64,000 nt of DNA from Prochlorococcus sp. AG-436-D21 (GTDB taxonomy: Bacteria > Cyanobacteriota > Cyanobacteriia > PCC-6307 > Cyanobiaceae): NCBI GenBank assembly GCA_003212655.1, contig QCPF01000003.1:4952-68951 (forward strand). Direction: 5' to 3'. Of this stretch, positions 40,126 to 50,588 are shown in pieces (positions within the stretch are counted from its first letter, which is position 1; each line of letters opens with the position of its first letter). A program made the translations under genes and the position numbers. Under the pieces are notes generated by a model that was not told where the DNA came from, made no database searches, and worked only from the letters and a program-made list of their open reading frames with translations.

Positions 40126-42288
40126 TTGTCTAAATATTTACTTGAGATAGGAACAGAAGAGTTGCCCGCAAAATTTTCTCATTCTGTTCTAGAGCAATTT
40201 AAATCTCTAATAGAATTTGAATTGGATAAAAAGTTAATCAAATTCGAACATATAGTTGTTACTTCCACACCACGGAGGATAGTTCTACTTCTCGAAGGGT
40301 TAGTTGATTATGCAGAAGATAAGATAATAGAAAGAAAAGGGCCTAAAGCAAATTCAGCTTATTTAAATGGATGTCCTACTAATGCTGCTTTAGGATTTGC
40401 TAATAGCTTAGATATAGATGTAGCTGAGCTAGAAATAAAAAATACTGAAAAGGGTGATTTTGTATTTGGAAAGAAAATTGAGAGAGGACTTTCAACAAAA
40501 ATTTCTTTGTCTTCGATTATCCCAAAATTAGTAAAGAGTCTTCAAGGCCCTCGATTTATGAAATGGGGGGCTGGGAACATAAAATTTTCAAGACCTATTA
40601 GGTGGATTGCCTCTATTTATAATGATGAAATTCTTGATTTTGAATTTGATGGATGTGATCCAAAGATCGAAATAAGTAATAAAACAAAAAGTCATAGGCT
40701 AATCAATGAAGTTTTAGAAGTTCAGAATCCTGATGATTTTTTTGAATTATTGAAACGAAATAGAGTAATAGGTATCCGAAAAGAAAGAAAAGAAAAAATT
40801 GAAAGTCTAATAAATCAGGCATCTAAATCTTTAAATCTGAAACCTGACCTTTCGGAAGGATTATTAAATGAACTAACTGATTTAGTTGAATGGCCAGACT
40901 TAATTATTGGCAAATTTAGTGATGAATTTCTTGATCTTCCGGTCGAAGTCCTCTCAACAGTCATGAAAAATCATCAGAGATACGTTCCTCTATTATTAAA
41001 AAACAAGGGTTTTTCTAAACTAGATTTAAGCTCTGAAAAGAATATAAGTACAACTTTCTGCGTTATTTCAAATGGTCTTGAAGAATCAAATAATAATATT
41101 TCCAAAGGTAATGAGAAAGTACTAAGGGCAAGGTTTTCAGATGCAAAGTTTTTCGTAGAAAGTGACAAAAAAGTTGCATCAATCGAGAGAAATGAAAAGC
41201 TTAAATCTGTTTCATATTTGAAAGGACTTGGAAATATATTTCAGAGGGTAGAAAGGATAGAGGAAGTTACTAAAAAAATTCTTAAATTTGTAAATGATAA
41301 GTCTTTAGAAGAAAAAAAAATAATAGAAGCTGCTAAATACTGTAAAAACGACTTATGTAGCGAAATTGTTTTCGAATTCCCTGAGCTGCAAGGAATAATG
41401 GGTGGTAAATATCTTAAATATGAGGGATTTTCTGAGGATGTTTGCTTGGCTGTAGCAGAACATTATTTACCTTCTTTTTATAAAGATGCTTTGCCCTCCA
41501 CAAAATATGGTGCAATAGTTTCCATAGCAGATAAGGTCGAAACTTTAATAAGTATATTTATTTCTGGTAAACGTCCCAGTGGATCATCTGATCCTTATGC
41601 TTTAAGAAGAAATTTGAATGGAGTGATTAAAATAATTTGGGATAATGAATTTGATTTACCTCTAGATACATTATTCAACGAACTTATTGATTTTTGGAAA
41701 ATCGTATTTCCGAATTTAAACTTCTCAAGAGAAACAGTATTTAATGATTTAAATGAATTTTTAGTTCAAAGAATTGTTAGTCATCTAGAAGAAATATCGC
41801 TAAGTAAAGAATTAATAAAGGCCGTTTGCTCTTCTGATGAATTATCTCAAAAAAGAGTATTGAATATTGTTGATCTTAAAAGTAGGATTAAATCTATTGT
41901 TGATTATAGAGAAAAGGAAAGTTTTATTGAAATCCAGAAGGTAATTACTAGGGTAAGCAAATTAGCAAATAATAGTGATCTTTCAAGAGACGTTCTTTCA
42001 ACAAGAGATTATGTAAACACAAAACTTTTTGAAAAAGATTGTGAATTTAAAGTTTTTGAATTTATTGGAGAATTAGAAAAACTTTTTTCAGAAGGTTATT
42101 GCAATTATTTGGAACTTCTAAATTTGTTTGAGATTAATGTAAACACGATCGAGGATTTATTTGATAATGAAAAGGGAGTCCTAATAATGTCAGAGGATTT
42201 AAGAATAAGAAATAATAGACTCAATTTGTTGAGCTTAATTAGAAATTATTCTTTAAAAATTGCCGACTTTACACTTTTGAACTCTTAA
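40126..42288 (+). CDS. glyS: Glycine--tRNA ligase beta subunit
   Basis: LLEIGTEELP, TPRRI, EFPELQGIMG, SDPYALRR and IRNNRLNLL motifs. Confidence 0.96.
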   Translation: MSKYLLEIGTEELPAKFSHSVLEQFKSLIEFELDKKLIKFEHIVVTSTPRRIVLLLEGLVDYAEDKIIERKGPKANSAYLNGCPTNAALGFANSLDIDVAELEIKNTEKGDFVFGKKIERGLSTKISLSSIIPKLVKSLQGPRFMKWGAGNIKFSRPIRWIASIYNDEILDFEFDGCDPKIEISNKTKSHRLINEVLEVQNPDDFFELLKRNRVIGIRKERKEKIESLINQASKSLNLKPDLSEGLLNELTDLVEWPDLIIGKFSDEFLDLPVEVLSTVMKNHQRYVPLLLKNKGFSKLDLSSEKNISTTFCVISNGLEESNNNISKGNEKVLRARFSDAKFFVESDKKVASIERNEKLKSVSYLKGLGNIFQRVERIEEVTKKILKFVNDKSLEEKKIIEAAKYCKNDLCSEIVFEFPELQGIMGGKYLKYEGFSEDVCLAVAEHYLPSFYKDALPSTKYGAIVSIADKVETLISIFISGKRPSGSSDPYALRRNLNGVIKIIWDNEFDLPLDTLFNELIDFWKIVFPNLNFSRETVFNDLNEFLVQRIVSHLEEISLSKELIKAVCSSDELSQKRVLNIVDLKSRIKSIVDYREKESFIEIQKVITRVSKLANNSDLSRDVLSTRDYVNTKLFEKDCEFKVFEFIGELEKLFSEGYCNYLELLNLFEINVNTIEDLFDNEKGVLIMSEDLRIRNNRLNLLSLIRNYSLKIADFTLLNS

Positions 42289-43609
42289 CTTTAATTCCTC
42301 CCTTTATTGAATAATTTTCTAGCATTTTTTCTACCTCTTTATTTTCCCTAACAGCACTATCAACGGGTTTATATTTTAGAGGAGCTAGGGCTTTCCCTCT
42401 TAAAATCGAACCAAGTGTAAGCATCGTAATTTTAAGTTGCTGTAATGGTTTCATAGAGACAACTCTTTTGTATAAGTAACTATCAAAAGTAAGTCTTTGA
42501 ACATCCATGTCATCACACATCTCAACAAAGGCTTCTCTAGCAGAATCATTTCTGTAGAAAATATTTTGAAGGATTTCTAGCACCTTATAAGTAGTGCCAT
42601 ATTTTTTATCCCATTTTTTAAGATAGTTTTTTAAATCTTTTTCTGATGGAATTACTTGACCATTTTTTGATGCTTCAACAATTTCTTCAGCACACATTCT
42701 TCCGCTTTTTGCAGCAAAATAAATACCCTCTCCAGAACTTTTTGTAACATAACCAGCTGCATCACCAACCAATGCCATTCTGCCAACTACCCTTCTTGGC
42801 CTTGGATGCTCTGGAATAGGGTGAGCTTCTACCTTTATTACTTCACCATTAACAAGTCTTTTCTTTGCCCTATTTCTTACACCCTCTTGAAGTCCTTTAA
42901 TTAAAGACTGATTCTTTTGCATGGTTCCTGTGCCCACAGCAACATGATCATATTTAGGAAATACCCATCCATAAAAATCAGGAGAAACATCAGTTCCAAC
43001 ATACATTTCAGCAAGATCTTCGTAGTAACTCATTTCTTCTTTAGGTAATTTAATTCTTTCCTGAAATGCTATAGCAACTTTGTAATCACCTGCATCCATT
43101 GCTTTTGCGACTCTGCTATTGGCTCCATCAGCTCCGATCAAAAGGTCAACAGTAAGTTCTTTTAGTTCTCCTTTTTTATCTCCATTCGTAAAATCTGAGT
43201 AGGAAAGCTTATATGGCCCTTGATTATTATCTCCAGTATCAATAGAAGTAACTAATCCATTTATTAATGTAGCACCAAGATCTGATGCTCTGTTGCGCAT
43301 AAAGGCATCCATAACTTCTCTTCTACACATCCCAATAAACTCATTATCACTTTTCCCATAAACTCTATCTAAACTTATATCTACTTCTCTATTTGATGGA
43401 GATATCATTCTCATATGCCTTACTTTTCTATCAATAATTGACTCAGGTAAATCAAATTCTTCGACCATGCAAAGTGGAATTGCTCCTCCACATGGTTTCG
43501 CATTATCTAATTTTCTCTCGAAGAGCCAAGTTTTTATTCCAGCTTTAGCAAGTATTTCTGCCGCACATGAACCACTTGGACCTCCACCAATAACAGCTAC
43601 CCTCAACAT
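42269..43609 (-). CDS. chlP: Geranylgeranyl reductase
   Basis: VIGGGPSG, KPCGGAIPLCM and GDAAGYVTKSSGEGIY motifs. Confidence 0.96.
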   Translation of the reverse strand: MLRVAVIGGGPSGSCAAEILAKAGIKTWLFERKLDNAKPCGGAIPLCMVEEFDLPESIIDRKVRHMRMISPSNREVDISLDRVYGKSDNEFIGMCRREVMDAFMRNRASDLGATLINGLVTSIDTGDNNQGPYKLSYSDFTNGDKKGELKELTVDLLIGADGANSRVAKAMDAGDYKVAIAFQERIKLPKEEMSYYEDLAEMYVGTDVSPDFYGWVFPKYDHVAVGTGTMQKNQSLIKGLQEGVRNRAKKRLVNGEVIKVEAHPIPEHPRPRRVVGRMALVGDAAGYVTKSSGEGIYFAAKSGRMCAEEIVEASKNGQVIPSEKDLKNYLKKWDKKYGTTYKVLEILQNIFYRNDSAREAFVEMCDDMDVQRLTFDSYLYKRVVSMKPLQQLKITMLTLGSILRGKALAPLKYKPVDSAVRENKEVEKMLENYSIKGGIKVKSSKV

Positions 43610-43722
43610 ATGAAAAAAAAATAATACTGTATATAAAAACTACATCTTTTTTGCTTATAAAAGTGCATTTCTTAAAATAATAGTTAATATCGAAATATCT
43701 TTTCCAAATTCACTTCTAAATA

Positions 43723-44436
43723 TTGGAACTAAACAAAGATATCGATCAATTTGATATACCACTTGCCAAAAGAACTTACCTATATAATCCAAATTCAACA
43801 TTATTAAAAAAATTATTAATATTTTCTCCATTTCTTTTTCTTATCTTTTCTTTCGCTGCATTGCGATTAATTAAAAATGTTGAAATAGGATCTCTTGATA
43901 ATCTTAATTTACAAGCTCAGATAAATCACGACCATAGAATTTTAGGTCATTTACCCTATGCGGAAATTCCTAAGGAGAAACTAGTTTTAATTGAGCCTAA
44001 TATTGAAGTTCATACGGATATGCGCGATTCTCTACTAAAGATGAGAGAAGAAGCAAAAAAAGATGGGATATATTTAGTCTTCTTGAGTGGTTATAGATCG
44101 ATAAATTTGCAAAACGATATCTTTTATTCTTTAAAATCTATTAGAAATCAAGAAGCGGCAGAAAGAGCTAGAGTTTCAGCCCCTCCAGGGTATTCCGAAC
44201 ATAGTACAGGTTTCGCAATCGATATTGGTGATGCTACTCAAAGAGAGACAGACTTTGAAACCGACTTCGAAAATACTGACGCTTTTAGATGGTTAATAAA
44301 AAATGCAGCTAAGTTTCACTTTAAGTTATCGTTCAATAAAGAAAATAAATATATAGATTATGAACCCTGGCATTGGAGATATGAGGGGTCAATTGAAGCA
44401 TTAAAAGTTTTTGAAAGCTCAAATAGAAAATTATAA
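43723..44436 (+). CDS. D-alanyl-D-alanine carboxypeptidase (M15B, VanY-like)
   Basis: LSGYRS, APPGYSEHSTGFAID and EPWHWRY motifs; N-terminal TM. Confidence 0.9.
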   Translation: MELNKDIDQFDIPLAKRTYLYNPNSTLLKKLLIFSPFLFLIFSFAALRLIKNVEIGSLDNLNLQAQINHDHRILGHLPYAEIPKEKLVLIEPNIEVHTDMRDSLLKMREEAKKDGIYLVFLSGYRSINLQNDIFYSLKSIRNQEAAERARVSAPPGYSEHSTGFAIDIGDATQRETDFETDFENTDAFRWLIKNAAKFHFKLSFNKENKYIDYEPWHWRYEGSIEALKVFESSNRKL

Positions 44437-44564
44437 ATCTAATTGATTAATTTAATTATTCAATAAATTATATTTTTCAAAGTCTTAAAGGGAAAATTCT
44501 CATAATAAGCATACTTTGAGTTAGCCTTAATAAAGTCAATCTACTATTTATATAAATTCTATAA

Positions 44565-46361
44565 ATGTCATCTTCGATAAAAGAAATTAGAAATGTTGCA
44601 ATTATTGCTCACGTAGATCATGGGAAGACAACTCTTGTAGATGCGTTGTTATCTCAATCAGGAATATTTAGAGACAATGAAGTTATCCCTACATGTGTAA
44701 TGGATTCAAATGATCTTGAAAGAGAAAGGGGGATAACAATTCTCTCAAAAAATACTGCAGTCAACTATAAAGATACCAGAATTAATATTATAGATACACC
44801 TGGGCATGCTGATTTTGGAGGAGAAGTTGAGAGAGTTTTGGGAATGGTTGATGGTTGTCTGCTTATTGTTGATGCAAATGAGGGACCTATGCCTCAAACA
44901 AGATTTGTTTTAAAAAAAGCATTAGAAAAAGGACTTAGGCCTATAGTCTTTGTAAATAAAATAGATAGACCAAGAGTAGTACCAGAAATAGCAATTGATA
45001 AGGTCCTTGATTTGTTTTTGGAGTTAGGTGCTGATGATGATCAATGTGATTTTCCTTATCTTTTTGGAAGTGGCTTATCTGGTTTCGCAAAAGAAGAGAT
45101 GGAATCTAATAGTGACAATATGATGCCTCTTTTTGAGGCTATTATTAGACACGTTCCTCCTCCAGTAGGTGATTCTAATAAGCCTCTTCAGCTACAAATA
45201 ACTACTTTGGACTATTCTGATTTCTTAGGCAGAATAGTAATTGGGAAGATCCACAATGGAACTATAAAAAATGGCCAACAGGCTAGTTTAATTAAAGAAA
45301 ACGGAAAAACTATTAAAGGTAAGGTTAGTAAGCTTTTAGGATTTGAAGGATTACAAAGAATTGATATAAATGAAGCATTTGCAGGTGATATTGTTGCTGT
45401 CTCTGGTTTCGATGACGTCAATATTGGTGAGACCATAGCATGTCCCGATTCTCCTCATCCTCTTCCATTAATCAAAGTTGATGAACCAACCTTAAATATG
45501 ACTTTTGTTGTCAATGATTCACCATTCGCGGGAAAGGAAGGGAAATTTGTTACTAGTAGACAATTAAAAAATAGATTGGAGAGGGAACTTTTAACAAATG
45601 TTGCCCTGAGAGTAGAAGAAACTGATTCTCCTGACAGGTTCTCAGTTTCAGGAAGAGGAGAATTACATCTAGGGATATTAATTGAAACTATGAGAAGAGA
45701 GGGTTTTGAATTTCAAATCTCACAACCTCAAGTAATTTTCAGAGAAATTGATAATGTTGAATGTGAGCCTATAGAGACTTTGGTTTTAGATGTACCTGAA
45801 GTATCTGTTGGTTCCTGCATCGAAAAACTTGGATCTAGAAAGGCAGAGATGAAAAACATGCAGACAAGTTCAGATGGTAGAACCCAATTAGAATTTCTAG
45901 TGCCATCAAGAGGACTAATTGGATTTCGCGGAGAGTTTGTAAGGATAACCAGAGGTGAAGGTATCATGAGCCATTCGTTTTATGAATATAAACCTAAAAC
46001 AGGAGACTTTGAAACCAGAAGAAATGGCGTTCTTATAGCTTTTGAGGAAGGTGTAGCCACATTTTATGCTTTAAAGAATGCTGAAGATAGAGGAGTATAT
46101 TTCATTAAACCTGGAGTTAAAGTTTATAAAGGAATGATAATTGGTGAGAATAATCGACCTCAAGATCTTGAGTTGAATATATGTAAAACTAAGCAGTTGA
46201 CTAATATGAGATCTGCAGGGGCAGAAGAACTTGATACTTTGCAGTCACCTGTGGATATTACCCTTGAAAGAGCACTCGAATATATTGGCCCAGATGAAAT
46301 GCTAGAGGTAACACCGGATTCAATAAGAATGAGAAAAATAAATAAAAAGAAAAAAAATTAG
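44565..46361 (+). CDS. typA: Translational GTPase TypA/BipA
   Basis: [34 protein letters not shown] and GRGELHL motifs. Confidence 0.97.
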   Translation: MSSSIKEIRNVAIIAHVDHGKTTLVDALLSQSGIFRDNEVIPTCVMDSNDLERERGITILSKNTAVNYKDTRINIIDTPGHADFGGEVERVLGMVDGCLLIVDANEGPMPQTRFVLKKALEKGLRPIVFVNKIDRPRVVPEIAIDKVLDLFLELGADDDQCDFPYLFGSGLSGFAKEEMESNSDNMMPLFEAIIRHVPPPVGDSNKPLQLQITTLDYSDFLGRIVIGKIHNGTIKNGQQASLIKENGKTIKGKVSKLLGFEGLQRIDINEAFAGDIVAVSGFDDVNIGETIACPDSPHPLPLIKVDEPTLNMTFVVNDSPFAGKEGKFVTSRQLKNRLERELLTNVALRVEETDSPDRFSVSGRGELHLGILIETMRREGFEFQISQPQVIFREIDNVECEPIETLVLDVPEVSVGSCIEKLGSRKAEMKNMQTSSDGRTQLEFLVPSRGLIGFRGEFVRITRGEGIMSHSFYEYKPKTGDFETRRNGVLIAFEEGVATFYALKNAEDRGVYFIKPGVKVYKGMIIGENNRPQDLELNICKTKQLTNMRSAGAEELDTLQSPVDITLERALEYIGPDEMLEVTPDSIRMRKINKKKKN

Positions 46362-46372
46362 TAATTGCTTTA

Positions 46373-46741
46373 ATGAAAGAAGATAGTGCAAAAAGTTTTC
46401 AAGATTCCCTTTTTACAGCTTTAAATCTTTTTAACAATCATGAATGGTACGAGGCTCATGATGCTTTTGAAGAAATATGGAATTCCGTAGATGGTGACGA
46501 AAGACAAGTTATCCAAGGAATTTTACAAGTATCTGTTTCTCAGTTTCACTTAAGTAAAGGTAATCTAAATGGAGCTACTATTTTGCTTGGAGAGGGTTTA
46601 GGCAGAATAAAAACTAGAACCAAGATTGATTTAGGGATTGATCTTGAATCCTTCTGCCAATGTTTGGAAGATTTATTAAGGAAACTACAATATAGAGAAC
46701 TATTAAATGAAAACGATAAGCCTTTTTTGAAACCTCTTTGA
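46373..46741 (+). CDS. DUF309 family protein
   Basis: LFNNHEWYEAHDAFEEIW and QGILQV motifs. Confidence 0.88.
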   Translation: MKEDSAKSFQDSLFTALNLFNNHEWYEAHDAFEEIWNSVDGDERQVIQGILQVSVSQFHLSKGNLNGATILLGEGLGRIKTRTKIDLGIDLESFCQCLEDLLRKLQYRELLNENDKPFLKPL

Positions 46742-46828
46742 TGAATATATCTTTATCTTCAATTAAATTATTATTATGTATTTAATTTTTTTTCAAGAAA
46801 GTAAGAAAACTAATCGATCTCAAGGAAA

Positions 46829-47557
46829 ATGAACCTAAATATTCATAATATATCCCTTTCAATTAAAGGAAGATTAATTGTAAATGATGTTTCCATTACT
46901 GTTAGTCCAGGGGAAATTGTAGGTTTGATGGGACCTAATGGTGCTGGGAAAACTACAACTTTTAATATTGCAGTTGGGAATATAAAACCAGATAAAGGTG
47001 TGATTTTAATGAATGGGAAAAATATAACCAATCTTCCTCTACCAATTAGATCAAGACTTGGTTTAGGGTACTTAACTCAGGAAGCGAGTATTTTTAGAGA
47101 CCTCACAGTTAAGGATAATATTGATTTGGCTTTACAAAATTTATCCTATAGTAGAGCAGCGATAAGAAATAGAAGAGAACAATTAATTAATGAATTTAAT
47201 TTGAACAAGTTTGTAGATAATTATGGTTATCAACTTTCAGGAGGAGAGAGAAGGCGTTGCGAAATTGCAAGGGCTCTCACTGTAGGCAGAAAAGGACCTA
47301 AATATTTGTTATTAGACGAACCTTTCGCTGGGATAGATCCTCTAGCTGTTAATGATCTGAAGAAACTAATTCTAAAATTAAGTAGTGATGGGGTTGGGAT
47401 TCTCATTACAGACCATAATGTGAGGGAAACCCTTCTAATTACTAACAAATCATATGTATTAAGTGAAGGAAAAATTCTAGCTAACGGTTCATCAGGTGAA
47501 TTGGCTGATAATCCAATAGTCAAGAAGTATTATCTAGGAGATAATTTCAAACTTTGA
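46829..47557 (+). CDS. lptB: LPS export ABC transporter ATPase
   Basis: GPNGAGKTT, LSGGERRRCEIAR, LLDEPFAGIDP, ITDHNVRETL and YYLG motifs. Confidence 0.88.
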   Translation: MNLNIHNISLSIKGRLIVNDVSITVSPGEIVGLMGPNGAGKTTTFNIAVGNIKPDKGVILMNGKNITNLPLPIRSRLGLGYLTQEASIFRDLTVKDNIDLALQNLSYSRAAIRNRREQLINEFNLNKFVDNYGYQLSGGERRRCEIARALTVGRKGPKYLLLDEPFAGIDPLAVNDLKKLILKLSSDGVGILITDHNVRETLLITNKSYVLSEGKILANGSSGELADNPIVKKYYLGDNFKL

Positions 47558-47671
47558 AATGCTTTTATTAAAATAAATTAAAACTTTATTATTAAAGATT
47601 TACTCATATGAGAATGATTTTAATTATTATTTAGTTGTCATTGAATATTAAAACTTGAGAAATTTCTAGAA

Positions 47672-48601
47672 ATGATACTAGATAATTTTTTTAAAAATTT
47701 AATATATGAACCGGTTTCACTTTTAGGTCTTTTAGTTTTTTATTTTTTATTAATTAACTTACCAATATCTTTGGGTGCAGTTTTTAAAAAAAAGTCTTCT
47801 GCTGCTGTAAGATTCATTACGATTTTAGTGAACTTATTAATAACATTACAATTACTTTTTAGGTGGTCAATTTCTGGGCATTTTCCTATAAGCAATTTGT
47901 ATGAATCTCTTTATTTCCTTACTTGGGGTATCACATTAGGTCAACTATTGGTTGAAAGAGAATACCAAGCTCCAATAATTCCCTCAATTGCTATACCTAT
48001 TGAGTTACTGACTGTGGCTTTTGCTTGTTTTGTTTTACCTGAGGATTTGAAATTATCATCCAATTTAGTTCCAGCTTTAAGGTCTAGTTGGTTAGTAATG
48101 CATGTTAGCGTCGTAATGCTTAGCTATGCAGCATTAATAATAGGTTCTTTACTTTCAATGTCCGTTTTGTTTATCAATAAAAATAAGCCACTTCAAATCA
48201 GAAGTAGTTCTACAGGTATAGGAGGATTTAAACTTTCAAATAGCTATCCCTTAAATGATTTAGTTGAACCTATTGAATTTTCTCATTCAGAAGAATTAGA
48301 TACATTAAGTTATCGTTCTATATTGGTAGGTTTTGTTCTTTTGACTCTGGGTTTAATTTCAGGTGCAGTTTGGGCTAATGAGGCCTGGGGCACATGGTGG
48401 AGTTGGGATCCAAAAGAAACATGGGCATTTATCTCATGGTTGTTTTATGCCGCTTATCTTCACATGAGAATAAGCAAGGGTTGGCAAGGACGCAAACCAG
48501 CATTATTAGCATCTACAGGCTTTTTAGTTGTTTTAGTATGTTATTTAGGAGTTAATTTTTTAGGAATAGGTTTGCATAGTTATGGATGGATATTTGGGTG
48601 A
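47672..48601 (+). CDS. ccsA: Cytochrome c biogenesis protein (system II, CcsA/CcsB)
   Basis: FPISNLYESL, WLVMHV, WANEAWGTWWSWDPKETW and GLHSYG motifs. Confidence 0.95.
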   Translation: MILDNFFKNLIYEPVSLLGLLVFYFLLINLPISLGAVFKKKSSAAVRFITILVNLLITLQLLFRWSISGHFPISNLYESLYFLTWGITLGQLLVEREYQAPIIPSIAIPIELLTVAFACFVLPEDLKLSSNLVPALRSSWLVMHVSVVMLSYAALIIGSLLSMSVLFINKNKPLQIRSSSTGIGGFKLSNSYPLNDLVEPIEFSHSEELDTLSYRSILVGFVLLTLGLISGAVWANEAWGTWWSWDPKETWAFISWLFYAAYLHMRISKGWQGRKPALLASTGFLVVLVCYLGVNFLGIGLHSYGWIFG

Positions 48602-48622
48602 TTTCTTAAACATCCAGAATAT

Positions 48623-49381
48623 TTATTGAGGTTCCGAAAGGACATTCCCTTTTTGTGCTTCTTGTGCAACTTTTCTCAAGTCATCACATCCTTCTTTTAA
48701 TGTTGGGTAAGCAAACATTCCACTACCTGCAATAAAACAATTAGCACCAGCATCGGCACATTGTGAAATAGTCCAATTTGCTTTTATTCCCCCATCAACT
48801 TCAATGTCGACATTTAAGTTTTTTTCGATAACAAAGTTTCTTATTTCTCTGATTTTATTAAGCATTGTTGGTATGTAAGCTTGTCCGCCAAAGCCTGGAT
48901 TAACTGTCATAACTAAAACATGATCAACCATATCCATAATGTTTTTAATCATTTCAAAAGGAGTATGAGGGTTTAATGCAACAGAAGGAGATCCTCCTAA
49001 ATCTCTTATTCTTCCGAGAACTCTATGTAAATGAATATTTGCTTCAGCATGAGCTATTACTACCCCTGGTTCACCATTCGCTCCCTTTGTAGCGTTTACA
49101 TAAGATTCAAGCATGGTTTCACAGTTGTATTGACTCACCATTAATTGAGTTTCAAAAGGGACATTGCAATATTTCCTGCATGCAGCAATCATTTCAGGAC
49201 CGAATGTAAGATTTGGCACGAAATTCCCATCCATTACATCAAATTGAATTCTATCTACCCCAGCTTCCTCGAGCTCTTTCACACATGCCCCCATATTTGC
49301 CCAATCTGCTGGTAAAACTGAAGGAATTATTTGAATTGGTCTATTAACACCAGCTAAAATTGTTTGATTTGACTCAGTCAT
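48623..49381 (-). CDS. rpe: Ribulose-phosphate 3-epimerase (atypical metal-ligand residues)
   Basis: DVMDGNFVPNLTFG, MTVNPGFGGQ, IEVDGGI and AGSG motifs. Confidence 0.92.
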   Translation of the reverse strand: MTESNQTILAGVNRPIQIIPSVLPADWANMGACVKELEEAGVDRIQFDVMDGNFVPNLTFGPEMIAACRKYCNVPFETQLMVSQYNCETMLESYVNATKGANGEPGVVIAHAEANIHLHRVLGRIRDLGGSPSVALNPHTPFEMIKNIMDMVDHVLVMTVNPGFGGQAYIPTMLNKIREIRNFVIEKNLNVDIEVDGGIKANWTISQCADAGANCFIAGSGMFAYPTLKEGCDDLRKVAQEAQKGNVLSEPQ

Positions 49382-49568
49382 TTAATTTTTAAAATATTTA
49401 ATAAAGATACTATATTTAGTTGTTTATTCCTAATTTCAAGTCACGGCCTGATAAAGTATCACCTGTAAAGAGTTAAAAAAAAGCTTACTAGCATAATAAT
49501 TCTCATAAAAAATGACATTTTTATGAGATCATACTCAAAACCTCTAAGAAAATCCTCAAAATTTAATT

Positions 49569-50570
49569 GTGAATCAAACTTTAATTCAAGAAATTCTCGA
49601 AGTTGTCGAGCAAGCAGCTATTGCCTCAGCAAAACTAACAGGACTTGGCCAAAAAGATGAAGCTGATGCTGCAGCTGTAGAAGCAATGAGATTGCGAATG
49701 GGCAAAATTGAAATGAAAGGGAAAATTGTTATTGGAGAAGGTGAAAGAGATGAAGCACCTATGCTTTATATAGGTGAAGAGGTTGGGAGTGGAAATGGCC
49801 CAGGGGTTGACTTTGCAGTAGATCCTTGTGAAGGAACAAATCTTTGTGCGAATAATCAAAGAGGTTCTATGGCGGTTTTAGCTGCCTCTGATACGGGTGG
49901 TCTTTTCAATGCACCTGATTTTTATATGAACAAATTAGCAGCGCCTCCTGCGGCCAAAGGTAAAGTAGATATTAGAAATTCAGCCACTGAAAACTTGAAG
50001 ATACTTAGTGATTGCTTGGGTCTTTCTATTGATGAGCTTACCGTAGTTGTAATGGATAGAACTAGGCATAAAGATCTAATTAAAGAGATTCGAGGATGTG
50101 GTGCAAAAGTACAACCGATTTCTGATGGTGATGTTCAAGCTGCTATTGCATGTGGTTTCGCAGGTACTGGAACACATTGCTTGATGGGTATTGGTGCAGC
50201 TCCAGAGGGTGTTATCTCGGCTGCTGCAATGAGAGCTCTAGGCGGACACTTTCAAGGACAACTAGTTTATGATCCAGCAATTGCTCAAACTTCAGAATGG
50301 GCCGACTATACAAAAGAGGGAAATATAAAACGTCTTAATGAAATGGGCATAACCGATATAGATAAAATCTATGAAGCGAATGAATTGGCATCGGGAGAAA
50401 ATGTTGTTTTCGCTGGAAGTGGAATAACTGATGGATTACTATTTGACGGAGTTAAATTTGAAAGGGATTGTGTTAGAACAAGCAGTCTAGTTATTAGTAC
50501 ATTAGATAGTACTGCAAGGTTCACAAATACTGTTCATATAAAAGATGGTGCTAAGAGTATCAGCCTTTAA
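49569..50570 (+). CDS. glpX: Class II fructose-1,6-/sedoheptulose-1,7-bisphosphatase
   Basis: [25 protein letters not shown] and GAAPEGV motifs. Confidence 0.96.
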   Translation: MNQTLIQEILEVVEQAAIASAKLTGLGQKDEADAAAVEAMRLRMGKIEMKGKIVIGEGERDEAPMLYIGEEVGSGNGPGVDFAVDPCEGTNLCANNQRGSMAVLAASDTGGLFNAPDFYMNKLAAPPAAKGKVDIRNSATENLKILSDCLGLSIDELTVVVMDRTRHKDLIKEIRGCGAKVQPISDGDVQAAIACGFAGTGTHCLMGIGAAPEGVISAAAMRALGGHFQGQLVYDPAIAQTSEWADYTKEGNIKRLNEMGITDIDKIYEANELASGENVVFAGSGITDGLLFDGVKFERDCVRTSSLVISTLDSTARFTNTVHIKDGAKSISL

Positions 50571-50588
50571 AAATTCACTTTTGATTTT

